64,000 nt of DNA from Alphaproteobacteria bacterium (GCA_963422645.2 CAXXVO010000010.1:1-64000); one strand, 5' to 3'. Positions 31,704 through 42,764 are shown, counted from the first letter of the stretch. Numbers and translations: made by a program. The notes: generated from the letters alone by a model not told the origin.

Positions 31704-32198
31704 ACTTCTCCGGCTCATCCTGAGTATCGCTGTCCTCTCATCTTGTTCGCGACGCGGCGTTCATCATCCTCTCGCGCTCAAGAGAGTAGGCACCCCCGCG
31801 GCGTGGGGGCGTTGACGCAAAAGGAACTGGCTTGTTCCATAAGAGAGAGGGGGTACCTGGGCAGTTACCTTAAAACGCCATGGGATTCGCTTCTCTCTGC
31901 GCCAATTATTCGTAACTGCCCAGGTTCTTGCTGTGAAAATTCTCTGGGATTCGGCACAACGCTACCCACGCGACGCCCGTGTGCTCCTCTGGGGTCGCCG
32001 GGTTTCACAGCTCACGATGCCCCTCTTGCGGACTGCGACCGGTAAGCTACCCCGATGTGGCCCGAAGTCCGCCCGCGCGACGGGCACCGATTTTCAGTAA
32101 CTGCCCAGGTCTGATTCTGCCGAGCACTCGGACGTGATGGATTGATGGTTCTGACCAGCCAGGGGTCAGGCGGCGCTTTCCCGGAGCAGCGCAGGATT

Positions 32199-33740
32199 TC
32201 AGAAGCGCAATACGGGGATCAGCTGGATTGGATCGGGGTGCGCCAGGGTTTCGAGGACATTCCAGCGCTGTTTTCGAGCGGTGGCGATGACGGATCGCAG
32301 GTTTGCGAAGTCGCGGGCGCCTTGTATCGAGCGGAAGCCGCCTGAGATTTTCTGGCGCAGCTTGCCCATTCGGAGGTCGCGCTCGGCCTCGTTGTTGGAG
32401 AAGGGGGTTCGCGGATCGGTGAGGAAGCGCAGGCACCCCTCCTTGTACTTCTGGAGTCGGAGGGCGAGGTTGTGACCGATGCGGCGCTTTTGTCGTCCGC
32501 GCTTTCCGGTCTGGAGCGGTGGCATTTCTTCGTGAGAGGCGATGGCACGTTCGAGGATGCGGTCCCAGGCTCGCGAGATGCGGGCCACCAGTGAGGCGGG
32601 CACGTCGCGGTCGTTCTTGTGGGCGAAGCGGGCGGCTCTGTTGGCACGGATGAGGAGCCGGTGCGTGCTCGTTGCCCAGTCTTCCTTCTCGATCTCGATG
32701 AGGGCTTGGAGCTCGCGCAGGTGATGGGCGTTGCAGGCCCCGTGGCGCACGCCCTCGAGAGCGAAGTAGGTGGCGTAGTCGTCATGGATGACGATGCCGT
32801 TGAGCTTCTCGTCGATGTGGCTGCGCCCGGTGGCGACGCGCAGGATGGTGAGCAACGGGGTGCACAGCACATGGAGCCAATGGGTCCGGGCGGCGATGCG
32901 GATGCCGGTCTCGTCGAGGTGTTTGACTGGGGCTGCGGTGCGGATGATCTCCGCGAGGCGATCGAGGAAGCCCTCGAAGCGCCGGGCGGTGCGCCTTCCC
33001 ATGGCGACGATGGTGGCTGTTGAGAGCTTGACCGCGAAGAGGTCGCTCATGACCTCGGCGACCCGCTTCTCGGGAATGAACTGAGCGTGCAGCAGGTAGG
33101 TCACCCACGCGGTGATGCGCGGCCCGTATTGGACCGGTGCGCTCACGCCGTTCGGGAAGACGGCTGTCGTCACGGTGCCGCAGGCAGCGCAGAGGCAACG
33201 ATGGCCGCGATGTTCGGTGACCTCGAGGGGCTGCGGCTCGGGCACATCGAAGACCTGCCGGCAGACGGGGGCTCCGTGACGGTCAGCGTCCGACAGCGGC
33301 GCGCCGCAGCCCTCACAGGCGGACGGATCATGATCGACGACATGGTCGGGCGTCGCGGTCCGCTCCAGGGTAGTTCCCTTGTGGCCCGGCTGGCCGCCAC
33401 TGGGCCTGTCGGACTTGCCGCGCTGGCTCCGGGTGCGCTTCTCCCGGTCACCGCTCTTCTTCTTCAGACCGTCGCTGGCCGGCGGCTTGGAGCTGGTGGT
33501 GCTGTCGAGCGCGGCGCTGCGCTCGAGTTCGGCGATCCGCTCGCGCAAGCGGGCGTTCTCCCGCTCCAGCGCGTCGTTCTCCTTGACCAGGGCCGCGCTC
33601 AGGCGCAGCAACCCCTGGCCCCATTCCCGAATGGCCTTGACGGCGGTCATTGCGAAGGATTGTGGGGTGAAAAGGTCCTGCAGGCACGCGAAGGCCTCGT
33701 CGTGGGCAGCGAGGTCCTCGTGCCAGCGCGACACTGTCAC
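32199..33740 (-). CDS. tnpC: IS66 transposase
   Basis: Paralogue of 30165-31703; GTG overlaps the MTase stop. Confidence 0.92.
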   Translation of the reverse strand: MTVSRWHEDLAAHDEAFACLQDLFTPQSFAMTAVKAIREWGQGLLRLSAALVKENDALERENARLRERIAELERSAALDSTTSSKPPASDGLKKKSGDREKRTRSQRGKSDRPSGGQPGHKGTTLERTATPDHVVDHDPSACEGCGAPLSDADRHGAPVCRQVFDVPEPQPLEVTEHRGHRCLCAACGTVTTAVFPNGVSAPVQYGPRITAWVTYLLHAQFIPEKRVAEVMSDLFAVKLSTATIVAMGRRTARRFEGFLDRLAEIIRTAAPVKHLDETGIRIAARTHWLHVLCTPLLTILRVATGRSHIDEKLNGIVIHDDYATYFALEGVRHGACNAHHLRELQALIEIEKEDWATSTHRLLIRANRAARFAHKNDRDVPASLVARISRAWDRILERAIASHEEMPPLQTGKRGRQKRRIGHNLALRLQKYKEGCLRFLTDPRTPFSNNEAERDLRMGKLRQKISGGFRSIQGARDFANLRSVIATARKQRWNVLETLAHPDPIQLIPVLRF

Positions 33741-34405
33741 GAACCCTCGTCGGCCTCGACGGCCATGATCGCGGCCAGCACCGCCAGGCGTTCGCCCGCC
33801 GGCATGGCCTCGTAGCGCCGGCCCCAGTTGGCCGCCTTGCGCTTGATGCACTGGCGCTCGGTGAAGTTCCGGCCGGCGAAGCTCGCCCAGTGCACCCGGT
33901 CAGGCGCGAAGTTGAACCACACGACCTCGGTCCGCACCTGGGCCTGGGTCGTCACCTGCAGCGCCAGCCGGCGCCAGCCCGCCAGCAGCTCGTCATAGAG
34001 CGCAGACGGGTGGCCCGAGACCATCACCTGGCAGGGCAGACCCTTGAGCAGTTCGAGGAGCGCGACGTGGTCGGCCTCCTCGTACTCGAAGCGGTAGCGC
34101 TGCGACGAACGCCGGGTCGCGTGCAGATAGGGCGGATCGCTGTAGACCAGCTCCGGGCCCAGAAACGGGAACGAGGCCAGGAAGGAATGGGCGCAGCCGT
34201 GCACCAACTCCACCGGGTAGTCGCAGCCAAAGGCCTCAAGCGCCCGCTCGTCGCGGTCGATCCCGATCGAGCGCATGGCCGCAGGCTTGCGCTTCATCAG
34301 CGCCCCGCCCCCAAGATGGCTCTCGATATAGACAGAGTGCCGCGGCATCAGCGCAATCAGCGCCTGGCTCAGACCGGTCGTCGCCTTCGACCCGAAATAC
34401 CCCAC
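33737..34405 (-). CDS. D12/Dam-class N6-adenine DNA methyltransferase
   Basis: Same motifs; about 30 substitutions relative to the B enzyme by manual count. Confidence 0.9.
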   Translation of the reverse strand: MGYFGSKATTGLSQALIALMPRHSVYIESHLGGGALMKRKPAAMRSIGIDRDERALEAFGCDYPVELVHGCAHSFLASFPFLGPELVYSDPPYLHATRRSSQRYRFEYEEADHVALLELLKGLPCQVMVSGHPSALYDELLAGWRRLALQVTTQAQVRTEVVWFNFAPDRVHWASFAGRNFTERQCIKRKAANWGRRYEAMPAGERLAVLAAIMAVEADEGS

Positions 34406-34648
34406 CGGCTGCTCCTCTCATGCGAGAGTGCAACCCATAGGCGAGAGAACCTATACAGTCAAGCGGGGATCAACGACGCGCCGACGGCGAAACGGCACCG
34501 ACGGCAAGCAACATCAGCACGCACTCAGAACTGGCGGCGGGGTACCTGGGTAGTTACGATTTTCATTCTATGGGGTGGTCCAGCACGGCGTCGACCATGA
34601 TCGTTTATGAGAATGGCTCCGCTGTTGGAGAACCCGTGCCAGGTGAGC

Positions 34649-36154
34649 TTACGCGCACTTGACGGTGGCGATGAGCCGATCCGATGGGCTGGTCAGGGCT
34701 TCGATGATATTCCAGCCCTGCTTTCTGGCGGTGGTGATGACGCTGCGCAGGATGGCGAAGTTCTCGGCCCCCTGCGCGGACCGGAAGCCCCCGGAGATCT
34801 TCTGGCGCAGCTTCATCATCCGAAGGTCGCGCTCGGCCTCGTTGTTCGTGAACCCGACCTCGAGGTCGATCAGGAACCGGAGCACCGCGCATTTGTGGTC
34901 GCGCAGCCTCAAGGCCAGATTGTGACCGATCCTTCGCTTCCGGCGCTTCTTCCTCTTGCCAGGCGAGAACGGTGGTTGGCTCTCGTGAAAGGCCAGCGCA
35001 TCGGCGATGATCTCGTCGTATCGGCGCTCGATCAGCGCCACAAGCCTCGCCGGAACGGCGATATCCTTGTCCAGCGCGATGCGGGCGGCGCGATTGGCTC
35101 GGCGCAGGAGCTGCTGCATCCGCCGGGCCCAAGCCTCCCCTTCGATGTCCACCAGCGCCTGCAACTCCCGCAGGTGATGGGCGTTGCACAGGCCGTGCTC
35201 CACCCCTTCCATCGCGAAGTACGGCTTCCAGTGATCGTGCACGACGATGCCGGAGACACCCGAGAGCAGGGCGCCGCGCTTGCCGCTGACCCGGTACGCC
35301 GCCAGCAGCGGCGTGCAGATCACATGAAGCCACTGCGTCTGACCGCCGATCCGCAAGCCGGTCTCGTCCATGTGTTTCACCCGCGCCGTGCCCGCCGCCA
35401 GGTCCTGTATGTGCAAGGCCGCGTCCCGCAGCCGCTCGGCCGCCCTCTCGCTCATCGTCGCCAACGTCGCAGCCGTCACCGGCGCGCCGAAGAGCTCGGC
35501 CATCACCTGCGACAGCCGATCCTCCGGCAGGAAGTGAGCGTGCTGAAGGTAGACCGCCACCCCGGCAATGCGCGGGCCGTACTGCACCGGCGCCGACACC
35601 CCGTCGGGGAACGCCGCCCGGGTCACCGTCCCGCAATGCCCGCAGCACTTGGCATGCGCCCGGTGCTCGGTCACCTCCAGGGGGCTCGGCTCGGGCAGAT
35701 CGAACACCTGGCGGGCGACGGGCGTTCCCGCCCTGGCCGCGTCCGAAAGCGGCGAACCGCATCCCTTGCAGGAAGCCGGGACGTGATCCTTCACCCGATC
35801 CGGGTGATCGGCGCGGCGCAGCGTCTTGCCCTTGTGGCCGGGCTGGCCACCGGGCTTGCGGCCCGATTTGCCGCGCAGGCTTCGGGTTCGCCGCTTCGAA
35901 TTCGGCTTCCTCAGCCCATCGCTCGAAGGCGGCTTGCCGCTGTTGCCGCTGTTGAGGCCGAGACGGCGCTCCAACTCCTCGATGCGCTCGACGAGACGCG
36001 CGACTTGCTCTTCCAGCCGCGCGTTCTGCTGCCGAAGCCAGGCATTTTCCTCCCGAAGCCGGGCGTTCTCCTCCTCCAGGCGGGCGATCTTCTGCGCGGG
36101 CGTTTCGGGCGCTGCTCCCGTCGAAGGGCCGCGCGGCGACTCGGGATTGCTCAT
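34649..36154 (-). CDS. tnpC: IS66 transposase (intact)
   Basis: 501 aa; HMDETG, CNAHHLREL, TNNEAERDLR. Confidence 0.94.
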   Translation of the reverse strand: MSNPESPRGPSTGAAPETPAQKIARLEEENARLREENAWLRQQNARLEEQVARLVERIEELERRLGLNSGNSGKPPSSDGLRKPNSKRRTRSLRGKSGRKPGGQPGHKGKTLRRADHPDRVKDHVPASCKGCGSPLSDAARAGTPVARQVFDLPEPSPLEVTEHRAHAKCCGHCGTVTRAAFPDGVSAPVQYGPRIAGVAVYLQHAHFLPEDRLSQVMAELFGAPVTAATLATMSERAAERLRDAALHIQDLAAGTARVKHMDETGLRIGGQTQWLHVICTPLLAAYRVSGKRGALLSGVSGIVVHDHWKPYFAMEGVEHGLCNAHHLRELQALVDIEGEAWARRMQQLLRRANRAARIALDKDIAVPARLVALIERRYDEIIADALAFHESQPPFSPGKRKKRRKRRIGHNLALRLRDHKCAVLRFLIDLEVGFTNNEAERDLRMMKLRQKISGGFRSAQGAENFAILRSVITTARKQGWNIIEALTSPSDRLIATVKCA

Positions 36155-36506
36155 GTCGTTGTTGAGTCATTTCCCGAAATTCCCGTCAAGCCCTTTCCAC
36201 CAACTCCGAACGAGAAACGCCTCAATCCACTGGCCCAAAATGACAAATCAGACGACCTGGGCAGTTACAATTATTCTAATGAAGAATAGCGGCAGGCGGT
36301 GAACTGTCAATCGGCTTTCAATACTGACCCCCGATCGGCGTGCAAAATTGACCCCCCTGAGTGGCACGGCGGAGGTTGTCCCGGTAGCCAATAGGGGGGA
36401 CCCGCGCGGCTTCGTGTGGCGCCCTGCGCTACGCGGAGCGAAGCCGCGTGGGGGGTCCCTGTTGGCCCACCGGGGCAACCGGGCCGCAAGGGAGGCCGGC
36501 GGCGGG

Positions 36507-37235
36507 TCAGGAGCGGTTCTTGAAGCGCCAGCTCTCGTTGCCGGTCTCGATGATCTCGCAATGATGGGTGAGGCGATCGAGCAGCGCTGTGGTCATCTTG
36601 GGGTCGCCGAAGACGGATGGCCATTCGCCGAAGGCGAGGTTTGTGGTGATGACGATCGAGGTGCGCTCGTAGAGCCGGCTCATCAGATGGAAGAGCAGCT
36701 GCCCACCGGCCTGGGCGAAGGGCAGGTAGCCGAGCTCGTCGAGGATGACGAAGTCGCGGCGGACGAGCTGGTCTGCAGTGCGGCCCTGGCGTCCGGCGCG
36801 AAGCTCGGCCTCGAGGAGGTTGACCAGGTCGACGACGTTGTAGCACCGGCCGCGCGCGCCCTTGCGGATGCAGGACCGCGCGATGGCGACGGCGAGATGG
36901 GTCTTGCCGGTACCGGTGCCGCCGACCAGCACGATGTTGCGTTTGCCCTCGAGGAAGCCGCCGCCGGCGAGCTCCTGGATCAGGGGCTCGTTGACCGGCG
37001 AGGCGGCGAAGTCGAAGTCGGCCAGCTCCTTGACCGTCGGCAGCTTGGCGGAGGCCATCTGGTACTTGATCGAGCGGGCCCTCTTGTCGGCGATCTCGAC
37101 CTGCAGCAGCGTACCGATGATCTGTTGCACCGGATGGCGGCGCTTGAGCCCGTCGGCAAGGATGTCGTCGTAAGCGGCGCGCATACCTGCGAGCTTCAGC
37201 TGGGTCATCATCTCCAGCACATCATGACGCTCCAT
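36507..37235 (-). CDS. istB: IS21 helper ATPase
   Basis: [23 protein letters not shown]. Confidence 0.95.
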   Translation of the reverse strand: MERHDVLEMMTQLKLAGMRAAYDDILADGLKRRHPVQQIIGTLLQVEIADKRARSIKYQMASAKLPTVKELADFDFAASPVNEPLIQELAGGGFLEGKRNIVLVGGTGTGKTHLAVAIARSCIRKGARGRCYNVVDLVNLLEAELRAGRQGRTADQLVRRDFVILDELGYLPFAQAGGQLLFHLMSRLYERTSIVITTNLAFGEWPSVFGDPKMTTALLDRLTHHCEIIETGNESWRFKNRS

Positions 37236-38748
37236 GACCGGCCTCCCTCAGGCTGTCGTAGCGCTGACAGTCGGCTACCGGCTTGTGGCGAAGCTGCAGG
37301 CCCTCGGGCGTCGGGATGATTGCCGGCGGTGCCGGCTGGCGCTGCCGGGCGAGGATGTTGAGCACCACGTCGGCGCTGCAGGCACCGCAGTCGAGCGTCT
37401 CGGCACAGGCCGCCTCAACCGCCTCCAGTCCGTCCTCCAGCACCGCCGCGAGCACCTTGACGAACTGCCGGTCGCCGTCGTCGTGGCCCGCGAGCCGGGT
37501 TCGCAGGCGGCCGAGCGCGTTGGGCAACTGCCAGTCCTTGAAGGGCGCGCCATTGCGTAGCGCGCCGGGCTTCCGCGTCAGGATCGGCACGTAATGCCAC
37601 GGATCGTAGACGAACCGGCCGCGCCCGAAGCTGCGGGGGTGCTCGGCAACGGTCTCGCCGTCCTGGCGGATGACGATCCGATCGGCATAGGCCCGCACGT
37701 CCACCGGCCGGCCGACGGCGCGGGCCGCGACGCTGTACTGGTTGTTGTCGAAGCGCACCAGACAGGTCTTCGAGACCGACACCTCGCTGGCATGGAAGCC
37801 GTCGAAGGGGCCGCGATACGCCATCAGGAAGGGCTGCTCCTCCTCGAACACCTGCCACACCGTCTTGCCCGGGATTGTCGGATGCGGATGCTTCTTGGCG
37901 TCCTCGATGCACCGATCCATCAGCCACTCGTTGATCTCGGCGTAGGAGCGGCCCCGCGGGATGGGCACGAACAGGCGGCCGCGAAGGTCACCCACCTGCT
38001 TCTCGACCTGCCCCTTCTCCCAGCCAGCCCCTGGCGTGCACGCCACAGGCTCCACCAGATGGTGCGAGCACAGCTCCTGGAAGCGGCGGTTGTAGTCCCG
38101 CTTCTTGCCCACGAAGATCGTGCTCACCGCCGTCTTCATGTTGTCGTAGATGCCCCGCCGGCAGACCCCGCCGAAGAAGCGGAAGGCACGCTCGTGCGCC
38201 TCGAAGACCATCTCCTGGCTCTCGCGGGGAAAGATCTGGACCAGATACATCCGGCTGTGGCACAGCCGCATGTGCGCCGCCTTCACCCTGGTCGTCGCGC
38301 CCGACAGACGCGCGTACTCGTGGCTCCAGTCGAACTGGTAGGCCTCGCCGGGATCGAAGATCAGCGGCACATAGGCCTGCGCCGGCGACAACAGCCGCCA
38401 CCGGCGCCGCCAGGCCCTGGCATAGCGGCGAACCGCGTCATAGCCGCCCTTGTAGCCCAGCGACACAAGGTCTTCATGAATCCGCAGAAGAGACAGCCGA
38501 TCCTTGCGTGCCTTCTTCTCGTTGGCCTTCAGCTGGCGCTCAAGCTCCTCCACCCACAGCCCAAGCTTCGGCATCGGCTGGATCTTGCGCTCGTAGCTGT
38601 GCGAGGTCGCATCGCCCCGCACCACCTTGCGTATCGTGTTCTTGGAAACCCTCAAATCCCGGGCGAGCTTCTTGATCGGAACGCCCTTCACCAGATGATC
38701 CCGACGGATCTTCGCGATCGTTTCCACAACCAGCATCTCCCCCACCAC
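37222..38748 (-). CDS. istA: IS21 transposase
   Basis: [19 protein letters not shown]. Confidence 0.95.
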   Translation of the reverse strand: MVGEMLVVETIAKIRRDHLVKGVPIKKLARDLRVSKNTIRKVVRGDATSHSYERKIQPMPKLGLWVEELERQLKANEKKARKDRLSLLRIHEDLVSLGYKGGYDAVRRYARAWRRRWRLLSPAQAYVPLIFDPGEAYQFDWSHEYARLSGATTRVKAAHMRLCHSRMYLVQIFPRESQEMVFEAHERAFRFFGGVCRRGIYDNMKTAVSTIFVGKKRDYNRRFQELCSHHLVEPVACTPGAGWEKGQVEKQVGDLRGRLFVPIPRGRSYAEINEWLMDRCIEDAKKHPHPTIPGKTVWQVFEEEQPFLMAYRGPFDGFHASEVSVSKTCLVRFDNNQYSVAARAVGRPVDVRAYADRIVIRQDGETVAEHPRSFGRGRFVYDPWHYVPILTRKPGALRNGAPFKDWQLPNALGRLRTRLAGHDDGDRQFVKVLAAVLEDGLEAVEAACAETLDCGACSADVVLNILARQRQPAPPAIIPTPEGLQLRHKPVADCQRYDSLREAGHGAS

Positions 38749-38855
38749 CCCGTCCGTCCAAACGACGAGGTGTGTTCATGGACACAAATCCAAGGGGGTC
38801 AATTTTGGACGCCGATCACCCCCAATAGGGGGTCACTTTTCCACGCTTAACAACA

Positions 38856-39722
38856 CTTCAGGCAGCAGAAGGCCTCGTTACGGGCGGCGAGGTCTTCGTG
38901 CCAGTGCGACACCGTCACGTGTCTTCGGCCTCGACGGCCATCATGGCGGCGAGCACGGCGAGGCGTTCGCCCGGCGGCAAGGCCTGGTAGCGCCGGCCCC
39001 AGTTGGCTGCCTTGCGCTTGATGCGCTGGCGGTCGGTGAAGTTCCGGCCTGCGTGGCTGGCCCAATGCATCCGGTCGGGGGCGTAGTTGAACCAGACGAC
39101 CTCGGTTCGCACCAGACCCTGGGTCGTGACCTGCAGCGCCAGCCGGCGCCATCCCGCCAGCACCTCGTCATAGAGCGCCGACGGATGGCCCGAGATCATG
39201 ACCTGGCAGGGCAGAGCCTTGAGCAGCGCGAGAAGCGCGACGTGGCCGGCCTCCTCGTACTCGAAGCGGTAGCGCTGCGCCGAGCGGCGGGTCGCGTGCA
39301 GATAGGGCGGATCGCTGTAAACCAGCTCCGGGCCCAGGAACGGGAACGAGGCCAGGAAGTCATGGGCACAGCCGTGAACCAGATCGACCGGGTAGTCGCA
39401 GACGAAGGCCTCGAGCGCCTGCGCATCGCGGTCGATGCCGATCGAACGCACGGCCGGCGGCTTGCGCTTCGTCAGCGCCCCGCCCCCAAGGTGGCTTTCG
39501 ATGTAGACGGAGTGCGGCGGCATCAGCGCAATCAGCGCTTGGCACAGACCTGCTGTCGCCTTCGAGCCGAAATACCCCATGGACCGCTCCCGTCACGCGA
39601 GAGAGCAGTCCATAGTCCCGCAACTCTATGAGGTCAAGAACCAATCGCGGTGGCAGAACCAGGCCGCGGCCGCCGCCATAATCACCGTCCTCAACTCAGG
39701 ATTGGGGTACCTGGGTAGTTAC
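38856..39722 (-). mobile_element. Truncated second copy of IS66 element 'B' (left end, MTase and first ~20 codons of tnpC)
   Basis: Reverse complement of 29361 to about 30227; cut exactly at the IS21 end. Confidence 0.93.
38915..39580 (-). CDS. D12/Dam-class N6-adenine DNA methyltransferase (third copy)
   Basis: Identical to 29503-30168 except M37T. Confidence 0.9.
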   Translation of the reverse strand: MGYFGSKATAGLCQALIALMPPHSVYIESHLGGGALTKRKPPAVRSIGIDRDAQALEAFVCDYPVDLVHGCAHDFLASFPFLGPELVYSDPPYLHATRRSAQRYRFEYEEAGHVALLALLKALPCQVMISGHPSALYDEVLAGWRRLALQVTTQGLVRTEVVWFNYAPDRMHWASHAGRNFTDRQRIKRKAANWGRRYQALPPGERLAVLAAMMAVEAEDT

Positions 39723-39892
39723 ATGTACAGAACAATTGGATCGCCAGTCTCAGGGTTGGCAAGATTCATGGAAATCATTGGAAAGGTTCGTCCATCGGCT
39801 GCCCTTGGTCGAACTACACGAAAGCCCGTCAGCTGAGCTATCGGCGCTGGAAACTCTGTAACCGTCATCGCTATACCTTGATTCTCTTCGGC

Positions 39893-40147
39893 TTATTCGG
39901 TCTCGCACTCGATGAGCACGTCATCCGGGAGGGACACGGTGAGCGGCTTGGTGCAGTCCACCCCGAGGATGATGCGCTCGGTCGCTAACTCCTCGACCGG
40001 TTCGGCCGCTTCGACGATCGGGGTATTGGGCTCGCGGTCCTTGCTCTCTTCGGCTGCCGCCGAGGCGGCGAGGGGAAGGAGGATGGCCGCGAACATAGCC
40101 ACACCCAGCTTCCTGGTGGTGGTCATCGACTTGCCGCAGCGGCTCAT
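39893..40147 (-). CDS. Small exported hypothetical protein
   Basis: Signal peptide RKLGVAMFAAILLPLAASA, acidic mature part with two Cys; a transposon end lies 3 bp upstream of ATG 40147. Confidence 0.55.
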   Translation of the reverse strand: MSRCGKSMTTTRKLGVAMFAAILLPLAASAAAEESKDREPNTPIVEAAEPVEELATERIILGVDCTKPLTVSLPDDVLIECETE

Positions 40148-40250
40148 ATTCAGAACTCCTGACATTACGCTGGTAAGTGATTGAATCATTGAGAATGTTT
40201 TGGGAACCGCCGGCCGACCTTCGTAATGTCAAGTGTTGAGGCGAAAAGAT

Positions 40251-42763
40251 CAGACTTCCTGACCTCGTGATGCTGGCTGTTCTGGGCAGCGTGCCGGGAA
40301 CTCCTTGAATTCTGATACATTTCGGTTGTTTCAGGCGGTTTTTCGCTGGGTGTCGCGCCCGAGGTCTGATATTATAATTTGATACCAATTGCACGGTCTC
40401 AACCATGCCCAGTACCCTCCCAATGTGCCCTCCAGAGGCGGTCTCGATCGGCAACAGCTGCTTCGCCGTCCTGATCTCGGACGACACCTTCACCTACTTT
40501 TCCAACCTCATTCCCTTTGACAGCCACGCCGCCGATGACCGCACGGCCATGCTCTTGCGGATCGGCCGCCTCGCGGCGATCAGCGCGGTCTCGCCGCAGG
40601 AACTGGCTGACGCTTTCGCTGTCTCGCGCGCGACGGTGCAGCGCGCACGACGGCGCTACCTGGCCGAGGGCGAAGCGGGGTTCATGAAGCCCCGGCGCGG
40701 TCGCGGGCCGTCGGTGTTCACTCCGGAGTTGGCGGAGAAGGCGACGGCGTTGCTGGCATCGGGCCTGAGCGGCTCTGCGGCGGCCCGGGTTCTCGGCGTG
40801 TCAGCGCCATCGGTCAACAAGTGGCGCCGTCAGGGACTGATCGGCAACACGGAGGCGGATGGGGAGCCCGGACGCTCAGCGCTGGCTGCGCCGCCTGACG
40901 CGGGTGCGGCTCCTGAAGGCCGTGTCGATGAAGAGAGTACCGGTGCCCCGGGGCCGGAGACGGCGCCGGGGCTGGAAGCGCAGCCGCAAACGGATCGCAG
41001 CGCGCGCGATCGGCGGGACCGGCAGGCGCCGATGGGGCGTGCGACTTGCGATGTTCCGGCTCGGGTTCTGGCCAGTTGTGGACAGGCGGGGCCGGTCGAA
41101 CCGCAGTTCGCCGCCGCCGCCCGCGGTGTCCGCTTCGGCGGCGTGCTCGCCGCCCTGCCGGCCCTGCTGAAGGAAGGTCTTCTCTCCGAGACCGGTCTCC
41201 TGCCATTGCTGCCGAAGGGCTATTACGGCTTGCCTACGATCCTGCTCTTCCTGGCCTTCATGACCTTGGCGCGGGTGCGCAACCCCGAGAGCCTGCGCTA
41301 CCAGGCGCCGGGCGAATGGGGCGCCATTCTCGGCCTCGATCGCTGCCCCGAGGTCAAGACGCTGCGCCGCAAGATCGCTCTCATCGCCGACGACGAGGCC
41401 GGCGTGCGGGCGTGGCAGCTCGCCCTTGCCAGGCGCTGGCAGGCGCCGACGAGCCGGAGCTCTGGGCGACGCTGGCCATCGACGGGCACGTCAAGGTCTA
41501 CTCCGGCCGCAAGGGGCGCTTGCCCAAGCACTTCGTCTCGCGCGAGAAGCTGTGCCTGCCGGCGAGCGCCAGCTACTGGATCAACGCTCTGGGCGGCAAG
41601 CCGCTGCTCTGTCTGCACAAGCCGCTGGACCCGAAGATGGTCGCGGCCATCGAAGCCGACGTGGTGCCGGCGCTGCAGGAGCTTGGGATCGTTGGCGCCG
41701 GGGCGCCGGACCTGACCGCCGAGCATCCCGGCCAGCCGGCGCTCACCCTGGTCTTCGACCGCGAGGGCTGGAGCCCGGATCTGTTCCGCCGGCTGGCGAG
41801 GCGCGGCGTCGCCTGCCTGACCTGGCACAAGAACTTCAGGGGCGAGGACTGGCCGGCCGAGGACTTCGGCGCGATGACCGTTCCCATTCACGGACCGGCG
41901 GCGGACGGCAGCGCCACCATGCGGCTGGCTGAGAAGCCGGTGACGTTGCCGAACGGCTTCAGGGTGCGCCAGATCCGCCGCCTGCTCGACAACGGCCGTC
42001 AGGTGCCGCTGATCACCACCGATCCGCACAAGCCGATGGCTGAGGTTGCGGGCGCCATGTTCTCGCGCTGGTCGCAGGAGAACTTCTTCAAGTACATGCG
42101 TGACGAGTTCAATCTCGACGCCCTGCCGACCCACGAGCTCGAGCCTCTCGATCCCGCCGCCATGGTCGTCAACCCGCTGCGGCGGGCCTATGACAAGGCA
42201 ATCCATCGCCTCGACCGCCAGCTTGGCCGCCTGCGCAACCGCATCGCCGACACGGCCCGGAAGAAGCAGCCGACGGCGGAACTCAGGAGGGAAGTCAGGG
42301 ACCTCCAGGATGTCCGCGACATCGTCAGGGCCAGCCGCAGGGAGACGCCCAAGCACTGCCGGGCCGGCGACCTCGACGAAGCCGAGCAGCTCGATGCCTT
42401 GCCCGCGCGCGAGCGCCTCCTCCTCGACGTCATCCGGATGATCGCCTACCGCGCCGAAACCCGCATGATGCTTCCCGTCATGCAGGCGCAGGGCCACAAG
42501 CCCCATCCCCGGAAACTGCTTCAAGCGCTGCTCACCGCCGATGCCGACATCCTGCCGGATCCTGGCAATGGCCTCCTGCGGGTCCACATTCTTGGCCTCG
42601 CAAACGACGCCTGCGACCGTTGGATCGATGCGGTTCTGAGCGACCTGAACGCCACCGAAACGGTCTTCCCCGGCACCCGTCTGCGCATAGTCTACGACAT
42701 CGACGGGGCCTCGGAATCCGCGCGGCTCGTGTCACCTAAAATCAGCAGAGGTCAGGAAGTCTG
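40251..42763 (+). mobile_element. Related large DDE element nested in the left end of the outer one
   Basis: 16-bp TIRs CAGACTTCCTGACCTC / GAGGTCAGGAAGTCTG; TSD AAGAT (40246-40250, 42764-42768). Confidence 0.9.
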
Positions 42764-42764
42764 A
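40405..42764 (+). pseudogene. Large DDE transposase with N-terminal HTHs, one frameshift near 41445
   Basis: IDGHVKVY, VFDREGW, RWSQENFFKY; collinear with 42921-45203. Confidence 0.8.

Larger units (their letters stand above)
29361..31868 (+). mobile_element. IS66-family element 'B' carrying a DNA adenine methyltransferase
   Basis: TIRs GTAACTACCCAGGTACCCC / GGGGTACCTGGGCAGTTAC; 8-bp TSD CTTAAAAC (29353-29360, 31869-31876). Confidence 0.95.
32097..34557 (-). mobile_element. IS66-family element 'C' carrying a DNA adenine methyltransferase
   Basis: TIRs GTAACTGCCCAGGT / ACCTGGGTAGTTAC; TSD GATTTTCA (32089-32096, 34558-34565), present once at the equivalent position of copy 1. Confidence 0.95.
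31912..36268 (-). mobile_element. IS66 element 'A', copy 2, with element 'C' nested inside
   Basis: Same ends as 200-2090; TSD AATTATTC (31904-31911, 36269-36276). Confidence 0.95.
36305..38855 (-). mobile_element. IS21-family element
   Basis: TGT...ACA ends with repeated TGACCCC motifs at both ends; istA-istB; no TSD visible. Confidence 0.92.
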
